A stretch of 42,803 bases of DNA from Alistipes sp. (GCA_017380955.1 JAFOCZ010000027.1:1-42803), one strand, 5' to 3'; shown: positions 1 to 8,187, counted from the first letter of the stretch. A program made the numbers and translations. Notes: generated from the letters alone by a model not told the origin.

Positions 1-246
1 ATGGACGAGCCGACCTCAGCACTCGACCCCATTGCGACAAAGCATATCGAGGAACTACTATTGGAATTGCAGAAGGAGGTTACAATCCTTATCGTGACGC
101 ACAATATGGGGCAAGCAAAACGAATATCTTCGAAGTCGATGTTTATGTACCTGGGCGAACTTGTCGAATATGGCGACACCGAAACGATGTTCACCAACCC
201 ATCAGACGAGCGCACCAAAGCCTACCTTACAGGCAAGATGGGCTAA
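1..246 (+). CDS. pstB: Phosphate ABC transporter ATP-binding protein, C-terminal part (5' truncated by window)
   Basis: Walker B/D-loop [10 protein letters not shown]-loop VTHNMGQA and PstB-like end [16 protein letters not shown]. Confidence 0.9.
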   Translation: MDEPTSALDPIATKHIEELLLELQKEVTILIVTHNMGQAKRISSKSMFMYLGELVEYGDTETMFTNPSDERTKAYLTGKMG

Positions 247-269
247 TCGTTTCCATCTCCAAATAAACT

Positions 270-318
270 ATCCCCAATGGTTATAACCGAGAATGGTGTA
301 GCCTTTGGGGATTTTTTT
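270..318 (+). terminator. Intrinsic terminator after pstB
   Basis: ATCCCCAA...TTGGGGAT imperfect stem followed by a T run. Confidence 0.6.
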
Positions 319-352
319 GTCTGTATCGGCTTGCGACCGATATATAAGGTCT

Positions 353-643
353 CTACTTCGAAATAATATCTGCAAGGTTTATAACATCCTGCTTACTTCT
401 AATCACATATACCTCGTCTTTATATACTACCGAGCCATATATCTCTGCCTTATTGTCTGTGGTGAAGAGACGCCATACTGGTACATTTAGGACATTGGCA
501 ACAGCCTCCAAGCGTTGCAGCGTTGGATTACCCTTAGTTAGTGAGTTGTAGAGATTATTCCTATCTACACCGAGCTTGTCACTCAACTCTTTGAATGACA
601 TATTGCGCTCGTCAAGAAGCTCTTTGATAATCGTAAAGTCCAT
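353..643 (-). CDS. XRE/Cro-C1 family HTH transcriptional regulator
   Basis: IKELLDERNMSFKELSDKLGV...GNPTLQRLEAVANVLNVPVWRLF is a typical XRE HTH pattern. Confidence 0.9.
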   Translation of the reverse strand: MDFTIIKELLDERNMSFKELSDKLGVDRNNLYNSLTKGNPTLQRLEAVANVLNVPVWRLFTTDNKAEIYGSVVYKDEVYVIRSKQDVINLADIISK

Positions 644-662
644 ATTATGTCAAATTAGTAGT

Positions 663-694
663 CAAAAGTATATTAAATTATACGAAATGTCAAA
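663..694 (-). promoter_or_regulatory. Bacteroidetes primary-sigma promoter for the XRE gene
   Basis: Minus strand TTTG (694-691), 20-bp spacer, TACTTTTG (670-663). Confidence 0.65.
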
Positions 695-701
695 TTTATC
701 T

Positions 702-786
702 GTAATAAATTACACTTTATGACCTTAAAATTTGGCGAAATGATAATATATTACTATATTTGCATATCAAAACAGTAATATATTAT
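702..786. promoter_or_regulatory. Three palindromic operator-like sites, consensus GTAATATATTAC
   Basis: GTAATAAATTAC 702-713, ATAATATATTAC 743-754, GTAATATATTAT 775-786, lying between and over the divergent promoters. Confidence 0.55.
731..762 (+). promoter_or_regulatory. Promoter for small ORF-WYL_2-resolvase operon
   Basis: TTTG 731-734, 20-bp spacer, TATATTTG 755-762. Confidence 0.7.
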
Positions 787-973
787 GAGGGCAATACTTG
801 GACAATACTATTACGCACCACACCGACGAAGTTTCGGTGTATGGCAGTGGACAGAGGTAAGCGAAACGGGAGCTTGTGGAACATTCATCAAGGACTTCCG
901 TAGCAAGGAAGAGGCAAGAGAGTATGTATGGGCGATGAACGGTTGGGGTAAGCCTTCAAAGAAACTTAATTAG
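785..973 (+). CDS. Hypothetical 62-aa aromatic-rich protein
   Basis: First ORF after a canonical promoter, co-oriented with the next two genes. Confidence 0.7.
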   Translation: MRAILGQYYYAPHRRSFGVWQWTEVSETGACGTFIKDFRSKEEAREYVWAMNGWGKPSKKLN

Positions 974-1000
974 TACGGTGTAATAAATTTTCTTACAGAT

Positions 1001-1330
1001 ATGACAACGATAGTAGCAGTAACAAACAAGGATTTGTACAGAGCAACAGTGATTGCTTCAAGAGTTGAGAATGACTTTGTAACAGGCTTGCAGGTGGCAA
1101 AGTTGAATGAGTTGAAGGCTCGTATGCGTGAGGGCGTAGTTAAGTTTGCGTACCTCAAAAAGGATAAGAGCGTGAGAGTAGCCTACGGCACATTGATGCC
1201 TCAACTGATGCGTGACAAGGTTTTGGGAACTGGTCTTTGTGGCGATGCTCGCAATGTCTGCACATACTATGATGTGGAGTGCGGTCAGTTCAGATGTTTT
1301 CAACTCCAAGCACTAATCAAAATTTGGTAA
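1001..1330 (+). CDS. SH3 beta-barrel / WYL_2 (DUF2693-like) protein
   Basis: MREGVVKFAYLKKDKSVRVAYGTL and TYYDVECGQFRCF resemble the DUF2693 pattern. Confidence 0.75.
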   Translation: MTTIVAVTNKDLYRATVIASRVENDFVTGLQVAKLNELKARMREGVVKFAYLKKDKSVRVAYGTLMPQLMRDKVLGTGLCGDARNVCTYYDVECGQFRCFQLQALIKIW

Positions 1331-1346
1331 AAATCATTACCAAAAG

Positions 1347-1988
1347 ATGACGAAGATGAATAGAGCAGTTATATACGCAAGAGTATCGAGCACTGGCGAG
1401 AGGCAATCAACCTCTCGTCAGGTGGCTGACTTGACCAACTATGCAAGCCTCAACGGTTTGGAGGTCGTTGAGGTGTACGAGGAGCATATCAGCGGAGCAA
1501 AGCGCAACGAGGAGCGTGCAGTGCTTACTGAGTGCATTGACTATGCTATTGCCAATAGTGTAGATGTGGTTTTGTTCTCGGAGCTTTCACGCTGTGGTCG
1601 TGCAGTATGGGAGGTGTTAGACACTATCCGCACATTGAAGGATAACGGCATCAATGCCTATTTCCAGAAGGAGGGTTTATCTTTGTTTGGGGCAGATAGC
1701 AAAGAAAATCCATATTTAGCGGTTATGGTGTCCGTTCTCGGAGTCTGCGCCCAAATGGAGCGAGAGAACATCACATATCGCCTCAACAGTGGCAGAGCCA
1801 AGTATATTGCTGACGGCGGCAAATTGGGTCGTAAGGTTGGCTCGGTCAAGAGTAAGGAACGCAAGCAGGAGGAGTACAGCAAGGTAATCCGTTCATTGAA
1901 GGCGGGCAAGTCAATCCGAGATACAGCAGCCATTTGTAGCGTTAGTATTTCTACTGTACAACGAGTTAAGAAAGAGTTTGCCATATAA
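1347..1988 (+). CDS. Serine recombinase, resolvase/invertase family
   Basis: YARVSS catalytic motif, SELSRCGR, QMERENI, GGKLGR, C-terminal HTH SIRDTAAICSVSISTVQRV. Confidence 0.93.
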   Translation: MTKMNRAVIYARVSSTGERQSTSRQVADLTNYASLNGLEVVEVYEEHISGAKRNEERAVLTECIDYAIANSVDVVLFSELSRCGRAVWEVLDTIRTLKDNGINAYFQKEGLSLFGADSKENPYLAVMVSVLGVCAQMERENITYRLNSGRAKYIADGGKLGRKVGSVKSKERKQEEYSKVIRSLKAGKSIRDTAAICSVSISTVQRVKKEFAI

Positions 1989-2030
1989 CTTTTATCCTCG
2001 TTGAGTTAGTATACAACTCCCCAAAATACA

Positions 2031-2056
2031 AAAAAAGCACCCGTTGAGGTGCTTTT
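2031..2056. terminator. Bidirectional terminator between the convergent recombinases
   Basis: AAAAGCACC-cgttga-GGTGCTTTT. Confidence 0.75.
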
Positions 2057-2061
2057 AATTT

Positions 2062-3498
2062 TTAGTCGAGCATTGCGATTGCTTCATTTTGTTGCTGTGA
2101 CTTTTGGCGATTGTGATAGCGATGGAATGCTCTACTCCCCGAGATGTGTCCAGACATCGTGCCCGTTATATTGTCCGGCACACCTTTACCGACCATTGTG
2201 TCAATGAAGTTGCTTCGGGCAAACTTGCTAATCGCAATCTCATACAATGGTCTTGTTTCCATCTGGTTATAGGAATTATAAGTTACTACCTTCCTATCCA
2301 AACCCGCCGCCTTAAACATTCGTTTTAGCTGCCTATTGTATGTTTGAGAGTGCTTTGGGAAATGAAATAGGGGAGTCTTGGGGTGTGCATCTTCAATGCG
2401 ATATTTGTAAAACACATTAGCTGCATTTGGAGTTAGAGGGATGCGACAAATGATGCTGGTTGACCTAACGGTCTTATCTGGGCAATAATATATACACATC
2501 TGCCCATCCTCCTCCTCCACAAGATTTTCGTATCTAAGCTGAAAATAATCTGAAATACGACAACCAATCGAACATTGGAAGTAGAACAAATCTCTTGTGT
2601 ATTCCAAGTCTGCATCATCGAACACAGTATTCCATAACTTTCTTTTCTCCTCTTGGGTTATAATTATTGGGTCGCCATAATGAGCCGATGGAGCGGTGTA
2701 ATCCCCAATATTGCCAAAATCTGTAATGCCGTAATGCTTGCGACTCCACTTAAAGAACTGCTTAATGCAATTCATAATTTTTGATATAGTGTTCTGATTC
2801 TTCTTCCTTGCACGACGGCGAGGATGTAGTGTCGTGTCGTTCTGCCCTTCATCTTGGTTGAGGAAAACATTAAAGTCTGTTAGTAGCTTAGCATTGCAAT
2901 CGGCAAATGTAATCTCCTTGCCTCTTTGCTTCTCAAATCTGCGAAGATGGTTTATTGTATTTGTTCGAGTCTTGTTTCGTCCATTGGTGACCGAAGTATC
3001 CAAACAATACAGCTCTGCCAATACCCAGAACTGATTTCTCTCTTCTTCCTTCACCTCAGGCTCTGGCGATTCAGTAATTTCAGGCTCTGCTGAAACTGCC
3101 TCAACATCCTTGCATTTATTTCGTGTGGATTTACCCAACGCCTCATTAAGAGCCTCAACAATGATTTCCTTTGTTATCTCTTCGTGTTGGGCTGATAGTG
3201 TTAGCATTGTTGCAGCTATTAAGTTCAATGCCCTATTAACATCAGAGTAGGGAACTACACGAGCACCCTTCTTTGCATTACACCCTTTGCGTACTCCATA
3301 GGTGTGCTTGCCGTCATCTGCGATAGTATTAAACCACGCATTCTCTTGCGCTGAGAAACCAGTGTAGTAGTTAATTCTCTTCTTGTTTATAGTAATAATT
3401 GCGCTGATTTGATAGTAAGGCTCTGCGCTCGTAACAACCTTCTTCGAGATGTAAACATTTTTCTTGACATCGAGTTTGAATCTAAGATTGTACTTCAT
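2062..3498 (-). CDS. Tyrosine recombinase/integrase with N-terminal arm-binding-like and SAM-like regions
   Basis: GCRISD (R), PDKT (K), SKFAR (H-x-x-R variant), SGH (H), FHRY (Y). Confidence 0.9.
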   Translation of the reverse strand: MKYNLRFKLDVKKNVYISKKVVTSAEPYYQISAIITINKKRINYYTGFSAQENAWFNTIADDGKHTYGVRKGCNAKKGARVVPYSDVNRALNLIAATMLTLSAQHEEITKEIIVEALNEALGKSTRNKCKDVEAVSAEPEITESPEPEVKEEERNQFWVLAELYCLDTSVTNGRNKTRTNTINHLRRFEKQRGKEITFADCNAKLLTDFNVFLNQDEGQNDTTLHPRRRARKKNQNTISKIMNCIKQFFKWSRKHYGITDFGNIGDYTAPSAHYGDPIIITQEEKRKLWNTVFDDADLEYTRDLFYFQCSIGCRISDYFQLRYENLVEEEDGQMCIYYCPDKTVRSTSIICRIPLTPNAANVFYKYRIEDAHPKTPLFHFPKHSQTYNRQLKRMFKAAGLDRKVVTYNSYNQMETRPLYEIAISKFARSNFIDTMVGKGVPDNITGTMSGHISGSRAFHRYHNRQKSQQQNEAIAMLD

Positions 3499-3554
3499 TA
3501 ATAATTTACTTTTATTAAGAGTATACCAGATTTGTTCAAGAAGTCAAGAACTGA

Positions 3555-3701
3555 GCGTAAAAAAATTTTACGCCCCTTTTTACGCCCCATTAAACAGGGC
3601 TAAATGGGGTTAAATGAAGTTTACTCTAATCATTACAACCCATCCGTAATGCTATAAAAGGCTAAACACGGCTATATGAAGCGAAGGCAATCCTTCGCTT
3701 C
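3555..3701. repeat. Putative att-end with arm-type repeats
   Basis: TTTTACGCCCC direct at 3566 and 3578 with inverted GCGTAAAA at 3555; related GG(C/T)TA decamer pairs at 3598-3617 and 3660-3679; perfect 10-bp hairpin 3678-3701. Confidence 0.55.
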
Positions 3702-3710
3702 AGACCTCAC

Positions 3711-3747
3711 GAAAAACAGCGTTAGAGATTCTCTAACGCTGTTTTTC
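3711..3747. terminator. Bidirectional intrinsic terminator
   Basis: GAAAAACAGCGTTAGAG-att-CTCTAACGCTGTTTTTC, perfect 17-bp stem. Confidence 0.85.
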
Positions 3748-3763
3748 TTTTATCTACCTCAGA

Positions 3764-4624
3764 TTACTTCATTGCGGCCTTGCACTCGGCGATGCGCTCA
3801 TCAAGCATCGTAACCCACTCGGCAATGGCAGGGCTTGTCTCACCACCAGCGATTGCCTCGTTCACAAGTCGCTTAGCCTCGCTAAATAGTGGCAAGGCAT
3901 TAGCATACTCCTCGATAGACATATATACAAAACCCTTACGCGAAAGAACGGTGACATCTATAGACGGGTGGAATCTCACCGCTTTGACAGTCTCGCCCCA
4001 ACTATCGATATAGGTTATCATATCGACATAGTGGTCGGTCTGCTCATAGAGGGTATCGAGCATCATAAAGGCATAGTCGTATAGTCCGCTATAGTAACCC
4101 TCATCGCCCGATGCTACATACTGCGCGCCAATCATCGCAAAGTCGAACTGGAAGCACTCTATCATCAACTCACGCGCCTCATATTCAGGCAGATGGTCGT
4201 ATGCCAGGAAGCCGACAATCTCATCGTGGAAATCAAGACGTACCTCGCTGTCTATCAGCGCCATATCTATCATCAACTGGTTATCACGATATAGTTGCAC
4301 TGCCTCTGCCTCACGCTCCTCGTTGCACAACCATACAAACTTATGCCACAACTCCTCGGCATCGGCGTAGGTTTTGTTAATCATAGCCTCCACCTCCTGA
4401 GGAGTCATTGGCTCATCGCCGATCGTTGCGAGGGTCTGCATCTCCATCTCAGAGTGCTGATACCTATCGCCCACAATAACATTATTCACGCTATCGAGCA
4501 TCATCATATACTCCACCTGCTCGTTGCGAGGCTCCACGGGCCACGGTGTCTTTTCGGTTTTTTGTGTCTGTGCGCCACACGCCATAAGGGCAAACGCGGC
4601 AAGGGTTAGGGTTAGGTGTTTCAT
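3764..4624 (-). CDS. Lipoprotein with TPR-like helical C-terminus
   Basis: Likely start MKHLTLTLAAFALMAC (lipobox LMAC); C-terminal GFVYMSIEEYANALPLFSEA is TPR-like. Confidence 0.75.
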   Translation of the reverse strand: MKHLTLTLAAFALMACGAQTQKTEKTPWPVEPRNEQVEYMMMLDSVNNVIVGDRYQHSEMEMQTLATIGDEPMTPQEVEAMINKTYADAEELWHKFVWLCNEEREAEAVQLYRDNQLMIDMALIDSEVRLDFHDEIVGFLAYDHLPEYEARELMIECFQFDFAMIGAQYVASGDEGYYSGLYDYAFMMLDTLYEQTDHYVDMITYIDSWGETVKAVRFHPSIDVTVLSRKGFVYMSIEEYANALPLFSEAKRLVNEAIAGGETSPAIAEWVTMLDERIAECKAAMK

Positions 4625-4666
4625 ATATGTTTTATTTTTTATTAACATCCTCAGCAACAATCTATA

Positions 4667-6691
4667 TTAACAAAATATTTGCTTTGAAAGGATATTAGTA
4701 TACTCTTTGTATGTGTCATCCATATCTCGATAATGAGTGAGTACCGTAGCCTCAAATGCCTCGTCGGTTATATTCTCATTATTAAATGCTTCAATAATTT
4801 CGTTACAAATATCTTCCTCCACTTGCACCTTGATATGACGGCGTCTCATCAGTTTTCGGATAATACTATGCAATTGCGTTGTATGTGGTGCACACTCAAC
4901 GAGATGCACAAGTACAGACAAGCCATCAATATTACAAAACACCTCATTGAGGATACCTCCTCGCAACAAAACTTTGAGATTATTTACCCCATCATATTTG
5001 TCCATAATCTCATCGTGCAGTTCATCGGCAAGTTGTTCTTTACCACTCATAGCACACGCTCTGGACTTTATGTATAACAGGTTTGATGTATCGCCGTATA
5101 GCGTAATATATTTATCACAAATCTCCAAGCACTTCAAATAGTTCCACTCTCCATACAGAGCGTATATCGCACTAACAAAGAGATAATTTCTATCGTTCAA
5201 ATCTCCACTATATGAGAATGTCTTGCCATCAAGATTCTCAAAGAATTTATCATCACAAACTACACAGTCGAGTGCACGGGTAAATAATTTCTCTTTTACG
5301 TTAACATCCTGAGCGCAGATGCCATACTTAAATAATATTAACGCCGCTGTATCATAATCATATCTATGCAAGTGCTCATACAACTCCTCTCCTAAACTGA
5401 TTTCATCATCTAATTGTGAATCATTAAATGTAGATGCCAATTCCAACACATCATTATGAGTCTTAATGTGATTCACCTGCACAGGCTGTTGCAGATACAA
5501 ACCATCAAGAGTTCTTGCTCTACTCAAAGCAACATATGTTTGTCCGGCAGCAAATACCCCTCCTGATAGATCAATCTTAACTTGATCAAATGTTAGTCCT
5601 TGGCTTTTGTGTATAGTTATTGCCCAAGCCAACTTTAAAGGATATTGTGTAAAAGAGCCTACAACAGATTTCTCGGTTTGCTTTGTCGTTTTGTCATAAC
5701 TATACTTAACCTTCTCCCACGTGACTTTTTCAACCAAATGAATATCTCCGTTGTTAAGTCTTACATAGACCTTATCGTTCTCTATTTTTTCCACTTTACC
5801 GAGCGTGCCATTAACCCAGCGCTTAGCAGAGTCATTTCGCATAAACATTACTTGCGCACCCTTTCGCAAATGCAAATTCAGTTCAGTAGTTGAGAATTTA
5901 GCCACATCGAAATCGCCCTCCACAGTTCCCTCAAACCAATAATCAGGTTCCTGCATTTGCGATAGCATCGTCTCGTTAATATTATGAGCAATCTTATTTT
6001 TACTCGTTAGCGTAATAACTGCCTTATCATCGTCTATTATCTTACCAACACAATTGTTAAGGACAGCAAGATCTGATTGCAGAACTCTCTCATTTCTAAT
6101 ATTATCAAGTATGCTAACAAATTGTGTATCTACCTGTCTATACACCACCTGTAGTTCTATAGGATTCACACTTATTCGGGAGAACACATTCGCGTTAAAG
6201 AAGAATGGTTTACGATTTCCATATAGGCGATTCAACTCCTCTTTATCTTCCGTAATAACTACTGGCTCCAACTGAAACATATCACCCACAAACAACATCT
6301 GCTTACCACCAAATGGTAACGTATTGCGCATACAACGCTGCAACTCGCGATCCATAGCATCTATTATGTCACATCGTACCATTGACACCTCATCAATAAT
6401 AATAGTATCTGCGGAACGCAATATTCTATAAGTGTCATTATTAATACGCGCCTTATCAAATGGTGTTAACACCTTGGGCTCGAAACCAAAAAACGAGTGG
6501 ATAGTAACTCCTCCTGCATTAATGGCTGCAATGCCTGTTGGGGCGAGAACAATAAATTTCTTATTTATCTCTTTTTGAGCGTTCTTAACAAATGTCGTTT
6601 TACCAGTACCTGCTCGTCCGGTAAGAAAGAATGATGTATTTGTATTTTTTAGCAGACGATACGCCTGCATCAACTCTTTATTTGCTTCCAT
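4667..6691 (-). CDS. Pif1/RecD-like SF1B helicase with ~250-aa helical (TPR-like) C-terminal extension
   Basis: GRAGTGKT, IIDEVSMV, GDMFQL, YRQ, TIHKSQGLT, YVALSR motifs. Confidence 0.9.
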   Translation of the reverse strand: MEANKELMQAYRLLKNTNTSFFLTGRAGTGKTTFVKNAQKEINKKFIVLAPTGIAAINAGGVTIHSFFGFEPKVLTPFDKARINNDTYRILRSADTIIIDEVSMVRCDIIDAMDRELQRCMRNTLPFGGKQMLFVGDMFQLEPVVITEDKEELNRLYGNRKPFFFNANVFSRISVNPIELQVVYRQVDTQFVSILDNIRNERVLQSDLAVLNNCVGKIIDDDKAVITLTSKNKIAHNINETMLSQMQEPDYWFEGTVEGDFDVAKFSTTELNLHLRKGAQVMFMRNDSAKRWVNGTLGKVEKIENDKVYVRLNNGDIHLVEKVTWEKVKYSYDKTTKQTEKSVVGSFTQYPLKLAWAITIHKSQGLTFDQVKIDLSGGVFAAGQTYVALSRARTLDGLYLQQPVQVNHIKTHNDVLELASTFNDSQLDDEISLGEELYEHLHRYDYDTAALILFKYGICAQDVNVKEKLFTRALDCVVCDDKFFENLDGKTFSYSGDLNDRNYLFVSAIYALYGEWNYLKCLEICDKYITLYGDTSNLLYIKSRACAMSGKEQLADELHDEIMDKYDGVNNLKVLLRGGILNEVFCNIDGLSVLVHLVECAPHTTQLHSIIRKLMRRRHIKVQVEEDICNEIIEAFNNENITDEAFEATVLTHYRDMDDTYKEYTNILSKQIFC

Positions 6692-6711
6692 TTCGAAAAT
6701 TATTTTACTAC

Positions 6712-7200
6712 TTACTCTTCGAGTAACAACTCTTTATATGCACTCTTTAGCGATATTGCGGTACGCAAAGGATTATCATACATCGCTTCAACCATCTGCG
6801 CAGCCCTATCAATCGCATAACGACTGTCGATGAACTCTCCTGCTAATTTCGCAGAGTTCTCTATGTAACTAGAGAGTATTGTTTTTGCATCCTCCTTAAT
6901 ACGATCAGCGCTATAGAACGTTTTTTCGTAATCAACTTTACCAATAAGAACCTTATTTCCGCCATCAAATGCGAATAATTCAATCGAATCGATATAAGTA
7001 AAGTTCTTATACAAACCCACCTTCTCTATCATCACTATACGATCTGTAAATCTAAGACCTTTGAAGTACATATTTCCGGCTGCACTAGTATAGTGTGCTG
7101 ATACAAACATCTTTTGCGAATCGCTATAGATAGGAATATTCTCGCGATGATTGCCGAATGTTGGCATAATTTTATCCAAGAAAGAAGTCGTTGTTTTCAT
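6712..7200 (-). CDS. Hypothetical protein, paralog B (SAAGNxYF motif)
   Basis: Aligns without gaps to the neighbouring ORF; 20-bp gap to the helicase gene. Confidence 0.85.
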   Translation of the reverse strand: MKTTTSFLDKIMPTFGNHRENIPIYSDSQKMFVSAHYTSAAGNMYFKGLRFTDRIVMIEKVGLYKNFTYIDSIELFAFDGGNKVLIGKVDYEKTFYSADRIKEDAKTILSSYIENSAKLAGEFIDSRYAIDRAAQMVEAMYDNPLRTAISLKSAYKELLLEE

Positions 7201-7217
7201 AACTACATATACTTTAA

Positions 7218-7664
7218 TTAAGATAGCAATTTTTGATTTGTCGCCAAGACCAACTGTGCTGAGAATTGCACTATTTCTGAATCATCCACAACACCACCCA
7301 TCAGTTGGGCCTGAGATTTTAGAAACTCGCTAATCATCTCTACACATTCTGCACAACAGAATCTTTCACTATAGCAGCAATTGAAATAAGAACGCTCACC
7401 TATTAGTTGACGCTCTGTTCCATTAAAACAGTATACGCGTATACAGTTAATAAATCTGTGATACCAACCATCGCCACAACAAAACTCAAGCACAATACGA
7501 TCAGATAATTTGATACCTCTAAAGTAAGAGTTTCCAGCTGCACTAACATATCGCTCAGTTTCATACATATTAGTGTTCACATTAAACTTAAGCGTTTCTC
7601 CCTTCACCGGAAGAGCCTTTTCAACAAGCGTTGAAAGAACTGAATTAGAATTTAAGATTTTCAT
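7218..7664 (-). CDS. Hypothetical Cys-rich protein, paralog A (SAAGNxYF motif)
   Basis: 30/95 identities to the 6712-7200 product by hand alignment; 17-bp gap. Confidence 0.85.
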   Translation of the reverse strand: MKILNSNSVLSTLVEKALPVKGETLKFNVNTNMYETERYVSAAGNSYFRGIKLSDRIVLEFCCGDGWYHRFINCIRVYCFNGTERQLIGERSYFNCCYSERFCCAECVEMISEFLKSQAQLMGGVVDDSEIVQFSAQLVLATNQKLLS

Positions 7665-7753
7665 AGTATATAGTTTTTATTTGGTTGTCTGCCTATAATG
7701 TCACAACGCTAAAAAGGTAACCGACTAATTACAATTATTTTAGTTTGTGATTG

Positions 7754-7801
7754 CAAAATTAGATGTGTATTCATCAATAATATAAAATTATAATATATTA
7801 C
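7754..7801 (-). promoter_or_regulatory. Promoter of the paralog-helicase operon with upstream palindrome
   Basis: -7 box TAATTTTG (7761-7754); weak -33; ATAATATATTAC at 7790-7801. Confidence 0.5.
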
Positions 7802-7890
7802 ACTAATTTTGTTTTATAGTTATATTATTACTACTAAACTGCGTGTAACTCATTGTAACGACTATATGCGAAACAACGCACAGGGTAAAA

Positions 7891-8019
7891 CAAAAAAAGT
7901 CGGCACTGAGACCGACTTTCTCTCTCCACAAAAGGAGACACCCAATAAAAACTAAAAAGATTCCTAATTTACACCTTCAGCACTCCATCGTATAGCAATA
8001 AACAAGTGCCGAAGTTTTA
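7891..8019 (-). ncRNA. Candidate ~130-nt small RNA
   Basis: -7-like CATCTTTG (8032-8025), 5' hairpin, U-rich linker, short hairpin, then terminator AAAGTCGG..CCGACTTT with T run; no ORF in the supplied track. Confidence 0.45.
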
Positions 8020-8087
8020 CACTGCAAAGATGGCGCATTTTTAGAAATCCCACAATCGCTCATTATGGGGAATTTACAGGGTGGAAT

Positions 8088-8136
8088 ATCCCATATATTA
8101 GGGATTTGTGCGTTATGGAAATTATGCGTATCTTTG
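8088..8136 (+). promoter_or_regulatory. Promoter of the hemerythrin-LuxR operon with adjacent inverted repeat
   Basis: ATCCC-N8-GGGAT 8088-8105; TTTG 8105-8108, 20-bp spacer, TATCTTTG 8129-8136. Confidence 0.7.
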
Positions 8137-8187
8137 CATTATATTAATATAACCAACATAAAACAACATACAACCTATTGATAACCA

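Larger units (their letters stand above)
330..3710. mobile_element. Integrative element (XRE, small ORF, WYL_2 protein, serine resolvase, tyrosine integrase); left boundary undetermined, may lie outside the window
   Basis: Two recombinase genes, divergent repressor switch, repeat-rich att-like segment upstream of the integrase. Confidence 0.7.

Noticed and set aside
2003-2019. GAGTT-AGTATAC-AACTC palindrome as the resolvase crossover site
   Set aside because: Short, single copy, no accessory subsites recognisable.
3660-3710. tRNA gene next to the integrase
   Set aside because: No GTTC T-loop or cloverleaf; at most a short 3'-end remnant.
7995-8011. Sigma-54 promoter (GGCAC...TTGC on the minus strand)
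   Set aside because: Spacing is 7 nt rather than the required 5; better explained as part of a hairpin.
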